From an uncultured Christensenellaceae bacterium (GTDB lineage Bacteria; Bacillota; Clostridia; Christensenellales; DTU072): a stretch of 53,151 nucleotides of DNA. The position numbers and the translations under genes were made by a program. Every line of letters begins with the position of its first letter. The stretch's first letter is position 1. Positions 39,731-48,409 of the stretch are shown here, one piece after another. Below the pieces are notes generated by a model that saw only the letters and a list, made by a program, of their open reading frames with translations, ran no database searches and was not told the DNA's origin. The stretch covers positions 1-53,151 of the forward strand of contig CAYZOJ010000004.1 of the NCBI GenBank assembly GCA_964480195.1, given 5' to 3'.

Positions 39731-40893
39731 TCTGCACCTCCGAAGTTACATATAATATATTCCCGAACCTCATCGTAAATACTCATAATATCCGTTAAAG
39801 AAGAAATCGTGCCGTTCGAAAAACGGTTGAGCGCAGTTTCTACGATATCCGAAATCCCGTAAAACCCAATTTTGTTTGCAAGAAAAAGTTCAACCGCAAC
39901 TTCGTCCGCCGCACACAAAACGGCGCCCTTATAGTCGGATTTTTCTTTAAGGACCGATTCCGCTAATGCGTAGCACGGAAATCTCGTGCGATCCGGTTCC
40001 GAAAACGTCAAATTCTCAAGCGCACGTATGCTCAAAGGCTGTTTTGTGTTTTTTACGAACCGCCTTTCGGGACAAGTCAACGCATATTGTATGGGTAGTC
40101 GCATATCGGGTTCGGAATAAACGAGTTTCGATGTGCCGTCCGCAAACGTAACCGAGGCGTGTATTATACTTTCACGATGAATTACGGCATTGACCGATGA
40201 CGTGCCGAATAAGTGCTTCGCTTCGATAAGTTCAAAGCCTTTATTCATTAAAGTAGCGGTATCGACCGTTACCTTTTTTCCCATTTTCCAATTGGGATTA
40301 TATAGCGCGTCTTTAGCTGTTTTTTTAGCAATTTCATCGCGAGAAAGATCTCTAAACGCACCGCCCGAAGCCGTTATGGTTATTGACGACACCGAGTTCA
40401 AGGTTTCACCGTTAATACATGCCCATATCGCTGAATGTTCCGAGTCTATCGGCAATATCCTTTCGCCGAGTTTTGCACCGAGTTCGCGTGCTTTACGCAT
40501 AAACGTATATCCCGCGGCAACAAAAGTTTCTTTATTCGCGGTGATGAGTTTTGCACCGGATTCCAACACTGCAAACGACGGCAAAATTCCCGCCATACCG
40601 CTTATCCCGTTTACGACAACGTCGATACCTTCGTATGTTTCGGGACGGGATAAATCTTCCGTTGAGAAATAATGTAAATTTACGTCGTTTTCTTTAACCT
40701 CATATAAGGAATTCGAGTAAATCCTTACGGGATTTGAGTATTCGAAGAAGTCGTTTGCAAGGTTTTCCCCTTGTTTATCCGCAGAAACGAGTTTTATTAC
40801 ATAATTTTCGGTCAGAAGTTCTCGTACCTGTCTTCCGATTGACCCCGTTGCGCCTAAAACTGCTATTGAAATCGGTTTTTTAACACATGTCAT
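39724..40893 (-). CDS. dxr: 1-deoxy-D-xylulose-5-phosphate reductoisomerase (divergent)
   Basis: LGATGSIG, ANKE, PIDSEH, TASGG, MNKGFELIEA, PDMRLPI. Confidence 0.93.
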   Translation of the reverse strand: MTCVKKPISIAVLGATGSIGRQVRELLTENYVIKLVSADKQGENLANDFFEYSNPVRIYSNSLYEVKENDVNLHYFSTEDLSRPETYEGIDVVVNGISGMAGILPSFAVLESGAKLITANKETFVAAGYTFMRKARELGAKLGERILPIDSEHSAIWACINGETLNSVSSITITASGGAFRDLSRDEIAKKTAKDALYNPNWKMGKKVTVDTATLMNKGFELIEAKHLFGTSSVNAVIHRESIIHASVTFADGTSKLVYSEPDMRLPIQYALTCPERRFVKNTKQPLSIRALENLTFSEPDRTRFPCYALAESVLKEKSDYKGAVLCAADEVAVELFLANKIGFYGISDIVETALNRFSNGTISSLTDIMSIYDEVREYIICNFGGAEC

Positions 40894-41747
40894 ACCGGCA
40901 TTACGAACGCCATCAAGATGGCGATAAAGTAAATTGCGAATATGATGCTGTCCAATCTGTCGATAACTCCGCCGTGGCTTCCCAACAGATTGGAAAAGTC
41001 TTTAATGCCGAACTCACGTTTGATTTTGGACGCGAACAAGTCGCCTATTTCCGAAAGAACGGCGATTGCGGTTCCGGTCAATGCATAAAACAGTATGGGA
41101 TGCGCGAATATTTCGGTAAATCTCAAAGAGTCGTTAATCGGGACTCCCGCATATTCGAACAACGCGTATACGACGAGAGCACCGCCTGCGCCACCCAAAA
41201 GTCCGATAATCGAACCGGAATAAGTCTTTTTAGGGCTTATCGTAGGGAATATTTTAGGTCCTTTTATTGCGCTCCCCGCGTAATACGCGATCGTATCCGA
41301 AAGCATAGCGGAAGCCGCAGCAAGCAGAATCGGCAACATTCCGTAATAATGCGTAAGGCAAAGTGCAAGTGCGAACGGTAATACCGCGTATACCGTAACG
41401 AGAAGCGTATAAAGCAGTCCTTTAAGCCCTATTCTTTTGTCAAATACGAAAAATATGAAAGTCAAAAGCATACACGCGCCGAGAGTTGTCCACATGCCGA
41501 TATGCCCGAAGAACCATATCATCGGATATATCGCAATGATTTCGATGGCAATTGGAATTATGGTTACACGATAGTCATGCTTTTTCCCGTGAGAAATCAT
41601 TTCGTAAGCGCACAGTGCGGTTATAATCAATAACAATGCGTCGAAAAACGGTTGTCCTTTGCCGTCCCATAGTCCGGTCAGGATAATGAATCCCATCAGA
41701 ATGCCGAACATTAATAATCCCGTCAATGTTTTTTTGAGCATTTTCAT
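40890..41747 (-). CDS. cdsA: Phosphatidate cytidylyltransferase
   Basis: Polytopic membrane protein; SDTIAY, ISPKKT, GDLFASKIKR, KDFSNLLGSHGGVIDRLDS. Confidence 0.93.
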   Translation of the reverse strand: MKMLKKTLTGLLMFGILMGFIILTGLWDGKGQPFFDALLLIITALCAYEMISHGKKHDYRVTIIPIAIEIIAIYPMIWFFGHIGMWTTLGACMLLTFIFFVFDKRIGLKGLLYTLLVTVYAVLPFALALCLTHYYGMLPILLAAASAMLSDTIAYYAGSAIKGPKIFPTISPKKTYSGSIIGLLGGAGGALVVYALFEYAGVPINDSLRFTEIFAHPILFYALTGTAIAVLSEIGDLFASKIKREFGIKDFSNLLGSHGGVIDRLDSIIFAIYFIAILMAFVMPV

Positions 41748-42433
41748 CAGATGCCACCGAAATTCCTTTTTATTTTTTTGAATTGCTTTATGACGTCGTA
41801 AATATCGCCTTTGTTTGCGTCGGGGAAATTTTTATCCGAGAAGAATAATTCCGCATAAGTTGTTCTAAACGGCAAAAATCCCGAAAGTCTTTTATGTCCG
41901 CCGTATCTTAATAGCGCGTCTACCTCCGGTAATGACGCGGAATACATATATTGTTCCACTTCTTCGATAGTTGTCGAGGTATAGTCTGCGTTGACTAATT
42001 TTTGGGCGAAAACATAATTGAAAGCTTTTGTAATTTCGTCCATACCGTTATACGAGAAAACAAACGCGACGGTCATTCCCTTATTGTTGATCGTAAGGGC
42101 GTTCGCGCGGGAAATGGTACGCATAAGCTCTGCCGTTAAACTTTGGTAGTCCCCTACAAAAAACAATCTGTATCCGCGTTCCCGACATATGGGAAGCAAA
42201 ATGTTGTCCAAATAATCGACGTAAACGGAAGAAAGCGCAAGCGCCGCGGCGGTTCCCCTTTTAGAGTTTTCCGAACTTGAAACATAAAAAGACACACACG
42301 AGAGCTTAAGCTCGTCGCATGCGTCTATAATGTCCGTTATGGCGTTTGTACCGTACAGATATCCGTTTATCCTCGGCAGTTTACGCGCGGCAGCCCATCT
42401 GCCGGCGCCGTCCGGAATGATTGCAAGATGCAT
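41747..42433 (-). CDS. uppS: cis-prenyltransferase (UppS family), strongly divergent
   Basis: HLAIIPDGAGRWA, SSENSKR, DALLRYGGHKRLSGF, YAELFF, RNFGG; canonical position between frr and cdsA. Confidence 0.8.
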   Translation of the reverse strand: MHLAIIPDGAGRWAAARKLPRINGYLYGTNAITDIIDACDELKLSCVSFYVSSSENSKRGTAAALALSSVYVDYLDNILLPICRERGYRLFFVGDYQSLTAELMRTISRANALTINNKGMTVAFVFSYNGMDEITKAFNYVFAQKLVNADYTSTTIEEVEQYMYSASLPEVDALLRYGGHKRLSGFLPFRTTYAELFFSDKNFPDANKGDIYDVIKQFKKIKRNFGGI

Positions 42434-42436
42434 GGA

Positions 42437-43012
42437 TTATACGGACATAATCTCCGTCTCTTTATCGGCGGCGATTTTTTCGATATCGGTAATTGCACCG
42501 GAAGCGATTTTGTCTACGTCCTTTTCTTGAGCGGCGAGGTCGTCCTCTGTGACAAGACCGTCTTTTTTGTATCCGCGCAACATATTGATTGCGTCGCGTC
42601 TTATGTTACGTATTGCGACTTTTGCACCTTCCGCCGTGCTCTTGACTTCTTTAACCAAAGAACGACGACGTTCTTCCGTGAGTTCAGGGAATACCATACG
42701 CAAAACTTTACCGTCATTGGTCGGGAATATGCCGAGGTTTGCGGCGATAATTGCCTTCTCTACGGATTTGAGCGCACTGCCGTCCCAAACGTTTATCATA
42801 AGCATTCTCGCTTCGGGAACGGTGATGTTTGCCATTTGGTTGATCGGCGTATCGACTCCGTAATAAGGAACGAGTACTTTGTCCAAAATGTGCGGATTCG
42901 CTCTTCCCGCTCTGAGCGCTTGATACTCAGTGCGCAGGTTTAAAATCGTTTTGGAGACGCGTTCGTTAAGATCGTCGAATACCAGTTCTACTTCCATCAA
43001 TTCGTAAGCCAT
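42437..43012 (-). CDS. frr: Ribosome recycling factor
   Basis: RAGRANP, YYGVDTP, PELTEERR, VAIRNIRR; start reassigned to ATG 43012 after GAGGT. Confidence 0.97.
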   Translation of the reverse strand: MAYELMEVELVFDDLNERVSKTILNLRTEYQALRAGRANPHILDKVLVPYYGVDTPINQMANITVPEARMLMINVWDGSALKSVEKAIIAANLGIFPTNDGKVLRMVFPELTEERRRSLVKEVKSTAEGAKVAIRNIRRDAINMLRGYKKDGLVTEDDLAAQEKDVDKIASGAITDIEKIAADKETEIMSV

Positions 43013-43043
43013 AAATACCTCAAATGTATTTTCTTTTTTATTT

Positions 43044-43072
43044 ATAATAACATAACGCGCGCGATAATACAA
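43044..43072 (-). promoter_or_regulatory. Sigma-A promoter of the frr-uppS-cdsA-dxr-rseP-ispG cluster
   Basis: TTGTAT-17 nt-TATTAT with extended TG. Confidence 0.65.
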
Positions 43073-43091
43073 GTACTTTTTTGACGCAAGC

Positions 43092-43127
43092 ATAAATAAA
43101 GACCCGCAACGGCGGGTCTTTATTTAT
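43092..43127. terminator. Intrinsic terminator after spoIIIAH, bidirectional shape
   Basis: 16-bp perfect inverted repeat ATAAATAAAGACCCGC-aacg-GCGGGTCTTTATTTAT. Confidence 0.85.
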
Positions 43128-43134
43128 TTATGAT

Positions 43135-43665
43135 TTATACGTACGGTATGACAACTACGTCGGGTGCGGTAAAATCGGTTTCCGTAACGACGATGTTAAG
43201 TATTTGAGCTGCGTCTTCAAGGGTCAAATCCTCATCCATAACTACGACGTTTACGTTTTCGGTGCTTATTGTAACTATGCAATCGGTAAAGCCTTTAGCT
43301 TTGATAAGTCCTTCCAAAACGAGTTCGGTTTCCATCGTGTTTGTCAATTTGAGCTTTTGCTCTTCGGCAGACGCGACCGCGCTTTCGGTAGACGTCGCAG
43401 ACGCGATTATGTCGTCGAGATATGCGATTTCTTGTGTGCGAGTCGCTTCTCTGTCGGTGCGGTAAGTCGCAAAAAACGTTGTTTGAGCATTGACGTTTTG
43501 GGAGTCGCCGTCGCCCGATGTGCCGGAACTGTTTTTGACGTTCAAAAAGTAATTAAGGCACCCTGTAGCGACCAATAAGGCTACCATACACGCGATTACG
43601 ATAATTTTCTTTCTGTTGGCTTTCAACGCGCCGGCGAATTTAGAAAGTTTGCTGTTTTGCTTCAT
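43135..43665 (-). CDS. spoIIIAH: Stage III sporulation protein AH
   Basis: Single TM, FFATYRTDRE, EGLIKAKGFTDCIV; last gene of the eight-gene operon. Confidence 0.9.
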   Translation of the reverse strand: MKQNSKLSKFAGALKANRKKIIVIACMVALLVATGCLNYFLNVKNSSGTSGDGDSQNVNAQTTFFATYRTDREATRTQEIAYLDDIIASATSTESAVASAEEQKLKLTNTMETELVLEGLIKAKGFTDCIVTISTENVNVVVMDEDLTLEDAAQILNIVVTETDFTAPDVVVIPYV

Positions 43666-44201
43666 ACATCTCTCCTTGTAAATATTTGTATTGAATTTGC
43701 GTTAACGCCGAGTACGGTGGAAGTCGCCTGTAGCAAGCTTAATCTGACTCTTACGTTGCTTGCTCCGTCCGCGACTATTATTACGCCCTTAACTTCGGGC
43801 ATTTTTTCTTGTAAGACTATAACTTGCGAATTTGAGATTATCGGCGACGACGTTGTTGTCGTAGTTGTCGTTTGCCCGTTTGTTCCGTTTGTCGTAGTCG
43901 TGTGCGAGTTGTTTGTCGATGCGGTAACTTGCTCGGACGTCGAAACGTATGTAATCATTACCTTTACTTCGCCCGCTCCGTCGATTTCGGAAAGTATGCT
44001 CGAGAGTCTTTCTTCCAATCCGTCAGTTAGACCCGTTTGTTCGCGATCGGACGTTCCCGAAGCCCCGGACGATTTTGATACCGCATCTTCGTTTACGTTA
44101 AAGTATATTATCAATAGCACCGCGATTATGATTACGCAGACGATAATTTCTATATGTTTAATTGATTTAAGTCTTTGTATCAGTTCTTTGATCTTGTTCA
44201 T
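43662..44201 (-). CDS. spoIIIAG: Stage III sporulation protein AG
   Basis: LSEIDGAGEVKVMIT, PEVKGVIIVADGA. Confidence 0.9.
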   Translation of the reverse strand: MNKIKELIQRLKSIKHIEIIVCVIIIAVLLIIYFNVNEDAVSKSSGASGTSDREQTGLTDGLEERLSSILSEIDGAGEVKVMITYVSTSEQVTASTNNSHTTTTNGTNGQTTTTTTTSSPIISNSQVIVLQEKMPEVKGVIIVADGASNVRVRLSLLQATSTVLGVNANSIQIFTRRDV

Positions 44202-44694
44202 AACAGTTCTCTACTATTATATCGTCCGCGCCGATACCCGTTGCCGTCGATGTCAGCCGTTTGGCTTCGGATATAATATCTATATTCTCGTCTTTTTTCG
44301 ATATGACGGTTCCGCTTAAAACGACTATGGCTTTATCCGCAACGGGCATATTATTGTCGTATCTTAATAATATCGTAACAACAGCGTCGGGATAGCCGTT
44401 GGCTTCGAGAATTTTTACGGCAAGAGCCTCCTTTTCTAAATACGCTCTTTCTACGTCTGCTACGCTATAAGCGCTTGACAAAGAGTATTCGGAATCTTCG
44501 ACTATGAAATCGGACAACTTGAAATCTCGATTAACCAGTTTAGGAATGGGAGAAATCATTATTGCAAAAACAATCAATGCGATAATTCCTTTGACGTATT
44601 TTTTCGTTTCGCCCTCCGGAAGAACTATATCGGTTAGAGATCCGAGGCAAACTGCACCTACGACGCTCATAATATAAACGTTAAATTCACTCAT
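44167..44694 (-). CDS. spoIIIAF: Stage III sporulation protein AF
   Basis: IVLPEGETKKYVK...MISPI N-terminal signature; operon position. Confidence 0.8.
   Translation of the reverse strand: MSEFNVYIMSVVGAVCLGSLTDIVLPEGETKKYVKGIIALIVFAIMISPIPKLVNRDFKLSDFIVEDSEYSLSSAYSVADVERAYLEKEALAVKILEANGYPDAVVTILLRYDNNMPVADKAIVVLSGTVISKKDENIDIISEAKRLTSTATGIGADDIIVENCYEQDQRTDTKT
44278..44306 (-). promoter_or_regulatory. Putative internal sigma-E promoter for spoIIIAG-AH
   Basis: TCATATC-13 nt-AATATAGAT inside spoIIIAF, where an internal promoter is known in B. subtilis and C. difficile. Confidence 0.4.
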
Positions 44695-45938
44695 AACACA
44701 CCTGCGTTAAATGCGCCGATAATAATAGATAACAGTACGAAAACAGTAAATCCCACACCGGCACATGCGGATACGGGTAATAATAAATTCTGCCCGGTAA
44801 CATACAAAAGGTCTGTAACCTTTTTGTCGGTAATCGGTTCCAAAAATCCTGCAAGCAACTTAAGCGATAGCGAATATAGTACCGTTTTAATAATCGGGAC
44901 GAGCATCGTACCCAGCATCACCAAAAACAACGCAAGCCCTACCGCGTTTTTGATTAATACGGCGCCGGCGCAAACGATGTCAAATCCTTCCGAGAGATAT
45001 CCTCCTAAAATCGGTATGTAACTCGAAAGCGCGAACTTAGCCGATTTTATACTGACCGTATCAATACTTGCTCCGACCAAACCTTGCACGGACAACAGAG
45101 TCGTTATCAATGAAAACATTATTCCGAGCGTCCAACTGCCTACGGATTTAAGTGCCTTAGACAGCTTATCCAGTTTAATATTGTCGCTCATATTTCCTAC
45201 AATCGTAAATACGGTTACTGCGTAAAAAAGAGGCAAAATAAACGAAACGACCGTTTTTACTTCAATTCCGCACAGTAAGGTTACGGCGGGCTCTATAAAA
45301 CCGATTGCGGAACTCCCGCCTATTGCGGTAATTACAGTGACGAATACGGGCGCCCCCGCTTCGATTATGTTTGAAATTGAGTTTATAACCGATTTGATTT
45401 CGATCATCAGATTACTTACCGTTATCGCGACGGTAACGGCGATTCCTCCGTATACCGACCAATATACAAGCTGTTTCGTACTTTCTTTTTTGAAACCCGA
45501 CGTCAGTTGTCCGCTCATTCCGTAAAAAATTGCGAGAATAGCAATACCCGTAAGCGATACAGCAGTCGTTGCAAATTGTTTTGTAAGAGAGTTAATAAGA
45601 TACTCGATAATTTGTGTCGAGTTTAGATTGATATTTCCGTCAAGTATGCCTTTAAGCAACGCTTTTAAGTTACCGCCGAGAGAAGTTTTTAAGTCCGAGT
45701 CCAATGCGTCGAAATATTCTTCGAGTTCGTCCGTCGAAAGTTCCGTGAGAGCTTTGTTTATTTCTTCTTCGAGTTCTTTTTCTGTTTCGTCGGCGGCATA
45801 AGCCGTTTTGTCTGTCGGCGAATGCGGATGAAAAACCGCAATTATCGAAACGACACAAAACAGAATAGCTATTGTAAGATACTTGCGACGGAGGCTATTA
45901 CTCCGGAAATAATCGGCAATGCAAGTGCCATAATACAT
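44691..45938 (-). CDS. spoIIIAE: Stage III sporulation protein AE
   Basis: Polytopic membrane protein with IPILGGYLS, IKNAVG, LEPITD; start at ATG 45938 after GGAGG, overlapping spoIIIAD by 70 nt. Confidence 0.88.
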   Translation of the reverse strand: MYYGTCIADYFRSNSLRRKYLTIAILFCVVSIIAVFHPHSPTDKTAYAADETEKELEEEINKALTELSTDELEEYFDALDSDLKTSLGGNLKALLKGILDGNINLNSTQIIEYLINSLTKQFATTAVSLTGIAILAIFYGMSGQLTSGFKKESTKQLVYWSVYGGIAVTVAITVSNLMIEIKSVINSISNIIEAGAPVFVTVITAIGGSSAIGFIEPAVTLLCGIEVKTVVSFILPLFYAVTVFTIVGNMSDNIKLDKLSKALKSVGSWTLGIMFSLITTLLSVQGLVGASIDTVSIKSAKFALSSYIPILGGYLSEGFDIVCAGAVLIKNAVGLALFLVMLGTMLVPIIKTVLYSLSLKLLAGFLEPITDKKVTDLLYVTGQNLLLPVSACAGVGFTVFVLLSIIIGAFNAGVL

Positions 45939-46255
45939 ATTTTGCCTCCGAAAAGTATTTTTTTTGCAATCGACGGTGAACCGAAATCTTCGCAAACATT
46001 TGCGGCGAACTCGGCTATGTAGCCTATTCCGATTATTTTAATTACCGTTTTTATAATTGTATTGTCGAGGTTAGCAAGCTCTGCAAGTCGCATATACTCG
46101 TCCAAAATCCCGGTAAATTCATCTATAAGCGAAACAATGATGATAACTCCGGTAACGGTAGCCGCTATGCCCGCGAGAGAAGGTTTGACTTCTTTAAGCA
46201 CTGCCGAACATATCAATCCGAGCATAGCAATGCCGATGATTTTAACTATGCTCAT
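45869..46255 (-). CDS. spoIIIAD: Stage III sporulation protein AD
   Basis: IKIIGIGYIAEFAANVCED...GGK...ALPI. Confidence 0.92.
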   Translation of the reverse strand: MSIVKIIGIAMLGLICSAVLKEVKPSLAGIAATVTGVIIIVSLIDEFTGILDEYMRLAELANLDNTIIKTVIKIIGIGYIAEFAANVCEDFGSPSIAKKILFGGKICIMALALPIISGVIASVASILQ

Positions 46256-46455
46256 CCGTATAAATTAAAAAGAGATTGTACGGTGCCGAGTAAATCCGAC
46301 ACCATATTGATTACCATAACCAGCACGACTATCAATGCCGTTAATGTTACGAACGTTCCGAGCTCTTTTTTGTCGCTTTTATCAAGAATTGTATTTATAA
46401 CGGCGCTCAATATACCGACGCCGGCGATTTTAAGCAAAGTTTCTATTCCCGTCAT
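46252..46455 (-). CDS. spoIIIAC: Stage III sporulation protein AC
   Basis: 67 aa, LKIAGVGIL, two TM segments, VQSLF. Confidence 0.9.
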   Translation of the reverse strand: MTGIETLLKIAGVGILSAVINTILDKSDKKELGTFVTLTALIVVLVMVINMVSDLLGTVQSLFNLYG

Positions 46456-46934
46456 ATAACGATTATCAGCAAGCCGACCCCTATCAGGATGAATAACTTT
46501 CTGACAAGTTCCCCCTTTTGAGTTTTTTCTTTTACCGCCGTATCTTTAATTACAACGGCTTTTGCATATGCGTTTTTAATAACGTTACGGCGAGTTTCGT
46601 AATCGCTTCGAGCAAGCGCGTCCAAAAACTCCTGTACATCCGTAACGGCTTGTTTTGATAATGTTTTGCATTCAAACAGAACATTTCCTGTGTTTTCTAT
46701 TACTTCTGCACATTCCTGTAACGCCGATTTGAGCGAGTCTGTTCGAGCTTCGAATTTGCGCATTAAATCACATATGCCCGTTTTCATAAACTCCGTTTCG
46801 CGTTCCGCATATTCAACGAACGTTAAGTAGTCTTCGGCGACGGCGAGTCGTGTCTTGTAGTATTTTTCTATTTGATAGCCGACGTATGCAAACGCCAACA
46901 CTATTACCGAGCCGAGGATAAACTTTAATATCAT
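46452..46934 (-). CDS. spoIIIAB: Stage III sporulation protein AB (divergent)
   Basis: N- and C-terminal hydrophobic segments and operon position; weak motif conservation. Confidence 0.75.
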   Translation of the reverse strand: MILKFILGSVIVLAFAYVGYQIEKYYKTRLAVAEDYLTFVEYAERETEFMKTGICDLMRKFEARTDSLKSALQECAEVIENTGNVLFECKTLSKQAVTDVQEFLDALARSDYETRRNVIKNAYAKAVVIKDTAVKEKTQKGELVRKLFILIGVGLLIIVI

Positions 46935-47752
46935 AACTTCACAATGGATTTTATGCTTCCGACGGCGGGGTTATTACTTAGTGTTACCGCATAGTCGAAA
47001 TGCTCTTTTATATCGTTAAAAGTTTTGTTGTCGAGGCTGTCGATATTTTTAATATGTGCGCTGGCTATAAGTTTTACGCCCGCCGATTTAAGTTCGGCTA
47101 TTGCAGGCAAATCTCTTTTGAAATATATCTCGTCGAATATGACGACCTCGGGCGACATCGCACGCAAAATACCTTCCGCAACGACATTTTTTGGTGCACA
47201 CGACATTACGTCGAGATATTCGCCGAACGTATAACGCGGAGAAAACAGTTCTCCGCGTTCGTCAATCAACATCGTATCGTATTTTGAGGACGAAATCCGA
47301 GCTAAATCCCTTATATATGTTGTTTTACCGCATAAAGGCGGAGAAATGATTAAAATCCCCTTAGAGCTCTCCAACAATCTCTTTAACGGTTCCGCACAGC
47401 CTTTTATTTCGTGCGGAATGCGTATATTCAGCGATGACACGTCTTTAATTGTGGACACTCGTTCGGCGTTCATAACTACGGTTCCGGACAAGCCGATTCG
47501 TATACCGTCGAACGAAACATATCCCATTTTAATTTCGTCCTGATACGCGTATAACGAGTTTTTGGTAGCACGTGCAAGTATTGATTTAATATCTTCAGAA
47601 GAGATAACGGTTTTGCAAATTTTTCGTGAATTTCTGTTTTTTATCGTCAAATGGCGTGAGTTTCTGACGGAGATTTCGGTTATCTCGGATTCGGGAAATC
47701 CGCACGTAGTTACGTCTGAATATAGTTTACTACCGAGTAAGTATTCCAGCAT
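46931..47752 (-). CDS. spoIIIAA: Stage III sporulation ATPase AA
   Basis: SLYAYQDEIKMGY, SLNIRIPHE, PPLCGKTT Walker A, IDERGE, RAMSPEVVIFDEI. Confidence 0.93.
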   Translation of the reverse strand: MLEYLLGSKLYSDVTTCGFPESEITEISVRNSRHLTIKNRNSRKICKTVISSEDIKSILARATKNSLYAYQDEIKMGYVSFDGIRIGLSGTVVMNAERVSTIKDVSSLNIRIPHEIKGCAEPLKRLLESSKGILIISPPLCGKTTYIRDLARISSSKYDTMLIDERGELFSPRYTFGEYLDVMSCAPKNVVAEGILRAMSPEVVIFDEIYFKRDLPAIAELKSAGVKLIASAHIKNIDSLDNKTFNDIKEHFDYAVTLSNNPAVGSIKSIVKL

Positions 47753-47776
47753 AATAGATTTTACGCCGAGAAACGT

Positions 47777-47806
47777 AAAAAAATAACGGCGACTTGCGTC
47801 GCCGTT
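47777..47806 (-). terminator. Intrinsic terminator after efp
   Basis: Minus strand AACGGCGAC-GCAA-GTCGCCGTT followed by AT7. Confidence 0.85.
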
Positions 47807-47826
47807 CGTTGATATAACTTTAATAA

Positions 47827-48393
47827 TTAGTTGGCTCTCGACATATATTCGCCCGTACGGGTGTCTACACGAATCATTTCGCCTTCTTCGATGAAGAGCG
47901 GGACTTGGATTACGTATCCGGTTTCGAGCGTTGCGCCCTTACTGCCGGGTTGTGCCGTTGCGCCGGGGATACCGGGATCGCAATGTGCTATTTGGAGAAC
48001 TACAAAGTTTTCCGGTTCGACGGAGAACGGAGAACCCTTGTAGAAAGCTACGTCGACAAGACTGCCTTCTTTAATGAAGTGCAAAGCGTCCTCGACCAAG
48101 TCGTGATTCATAGGAATCATGTCATAGGTTTCGTTATCCATAAAGTAGTAAAGATCTCCGTCATTGTAGCTGTAGGACATCTTTTTGCGCTCGATGTATG
48201 CGAGCTCGAATTTTTCGCTCGGGTTAAAGGTTCTTTCGAGAACGCTTCCGGTCATAACGTTACGCATTTTTACGCGAACGAAAGCCGCGCCCTTACCGGG
48301 TTTGACGTGTTGGAAGTCTACTACTACCTGTACGGTGTTGTCGAGTTCGAAAGTATCGCCTTTCCTCAAATCGCCTGCTAATCTGTTTGCCAT
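47827..48393 (-). CDS. efp: Elongation factor P
   Basis: [16 protein letters not shown]...[13 protein letters not shown]; SD GGAGGT. Confidence 0.97.
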   Translation of the reverse strand: MANRLAGDLRKGDTFELDNTVQVVVDFQHVKPGKGAAFVRVKMRNVMTGSVLERTFNPSEKFELAYIERKKMSYSYNDGDLYYFMDNETYDMIPMNHDLVEDALHFIKEGSLVDVAFYKGSPFSVEPENFVVLQIAHCDPGIPGATAQPGSKGATLETGYVIQVPLFIEEGEMIRVDTRTGEYMSRAN

Positions 48394-48409
48394 ATGTACC
48401 TCCGATTAT

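Noticed and set aside
43844-43905. GTC/GTA/GTT triplet runs in spoIIIAG
   Set aside because: They encode Thr-rich stretches in a variable part of the protein; not a CRISPR array or contingency repeat.
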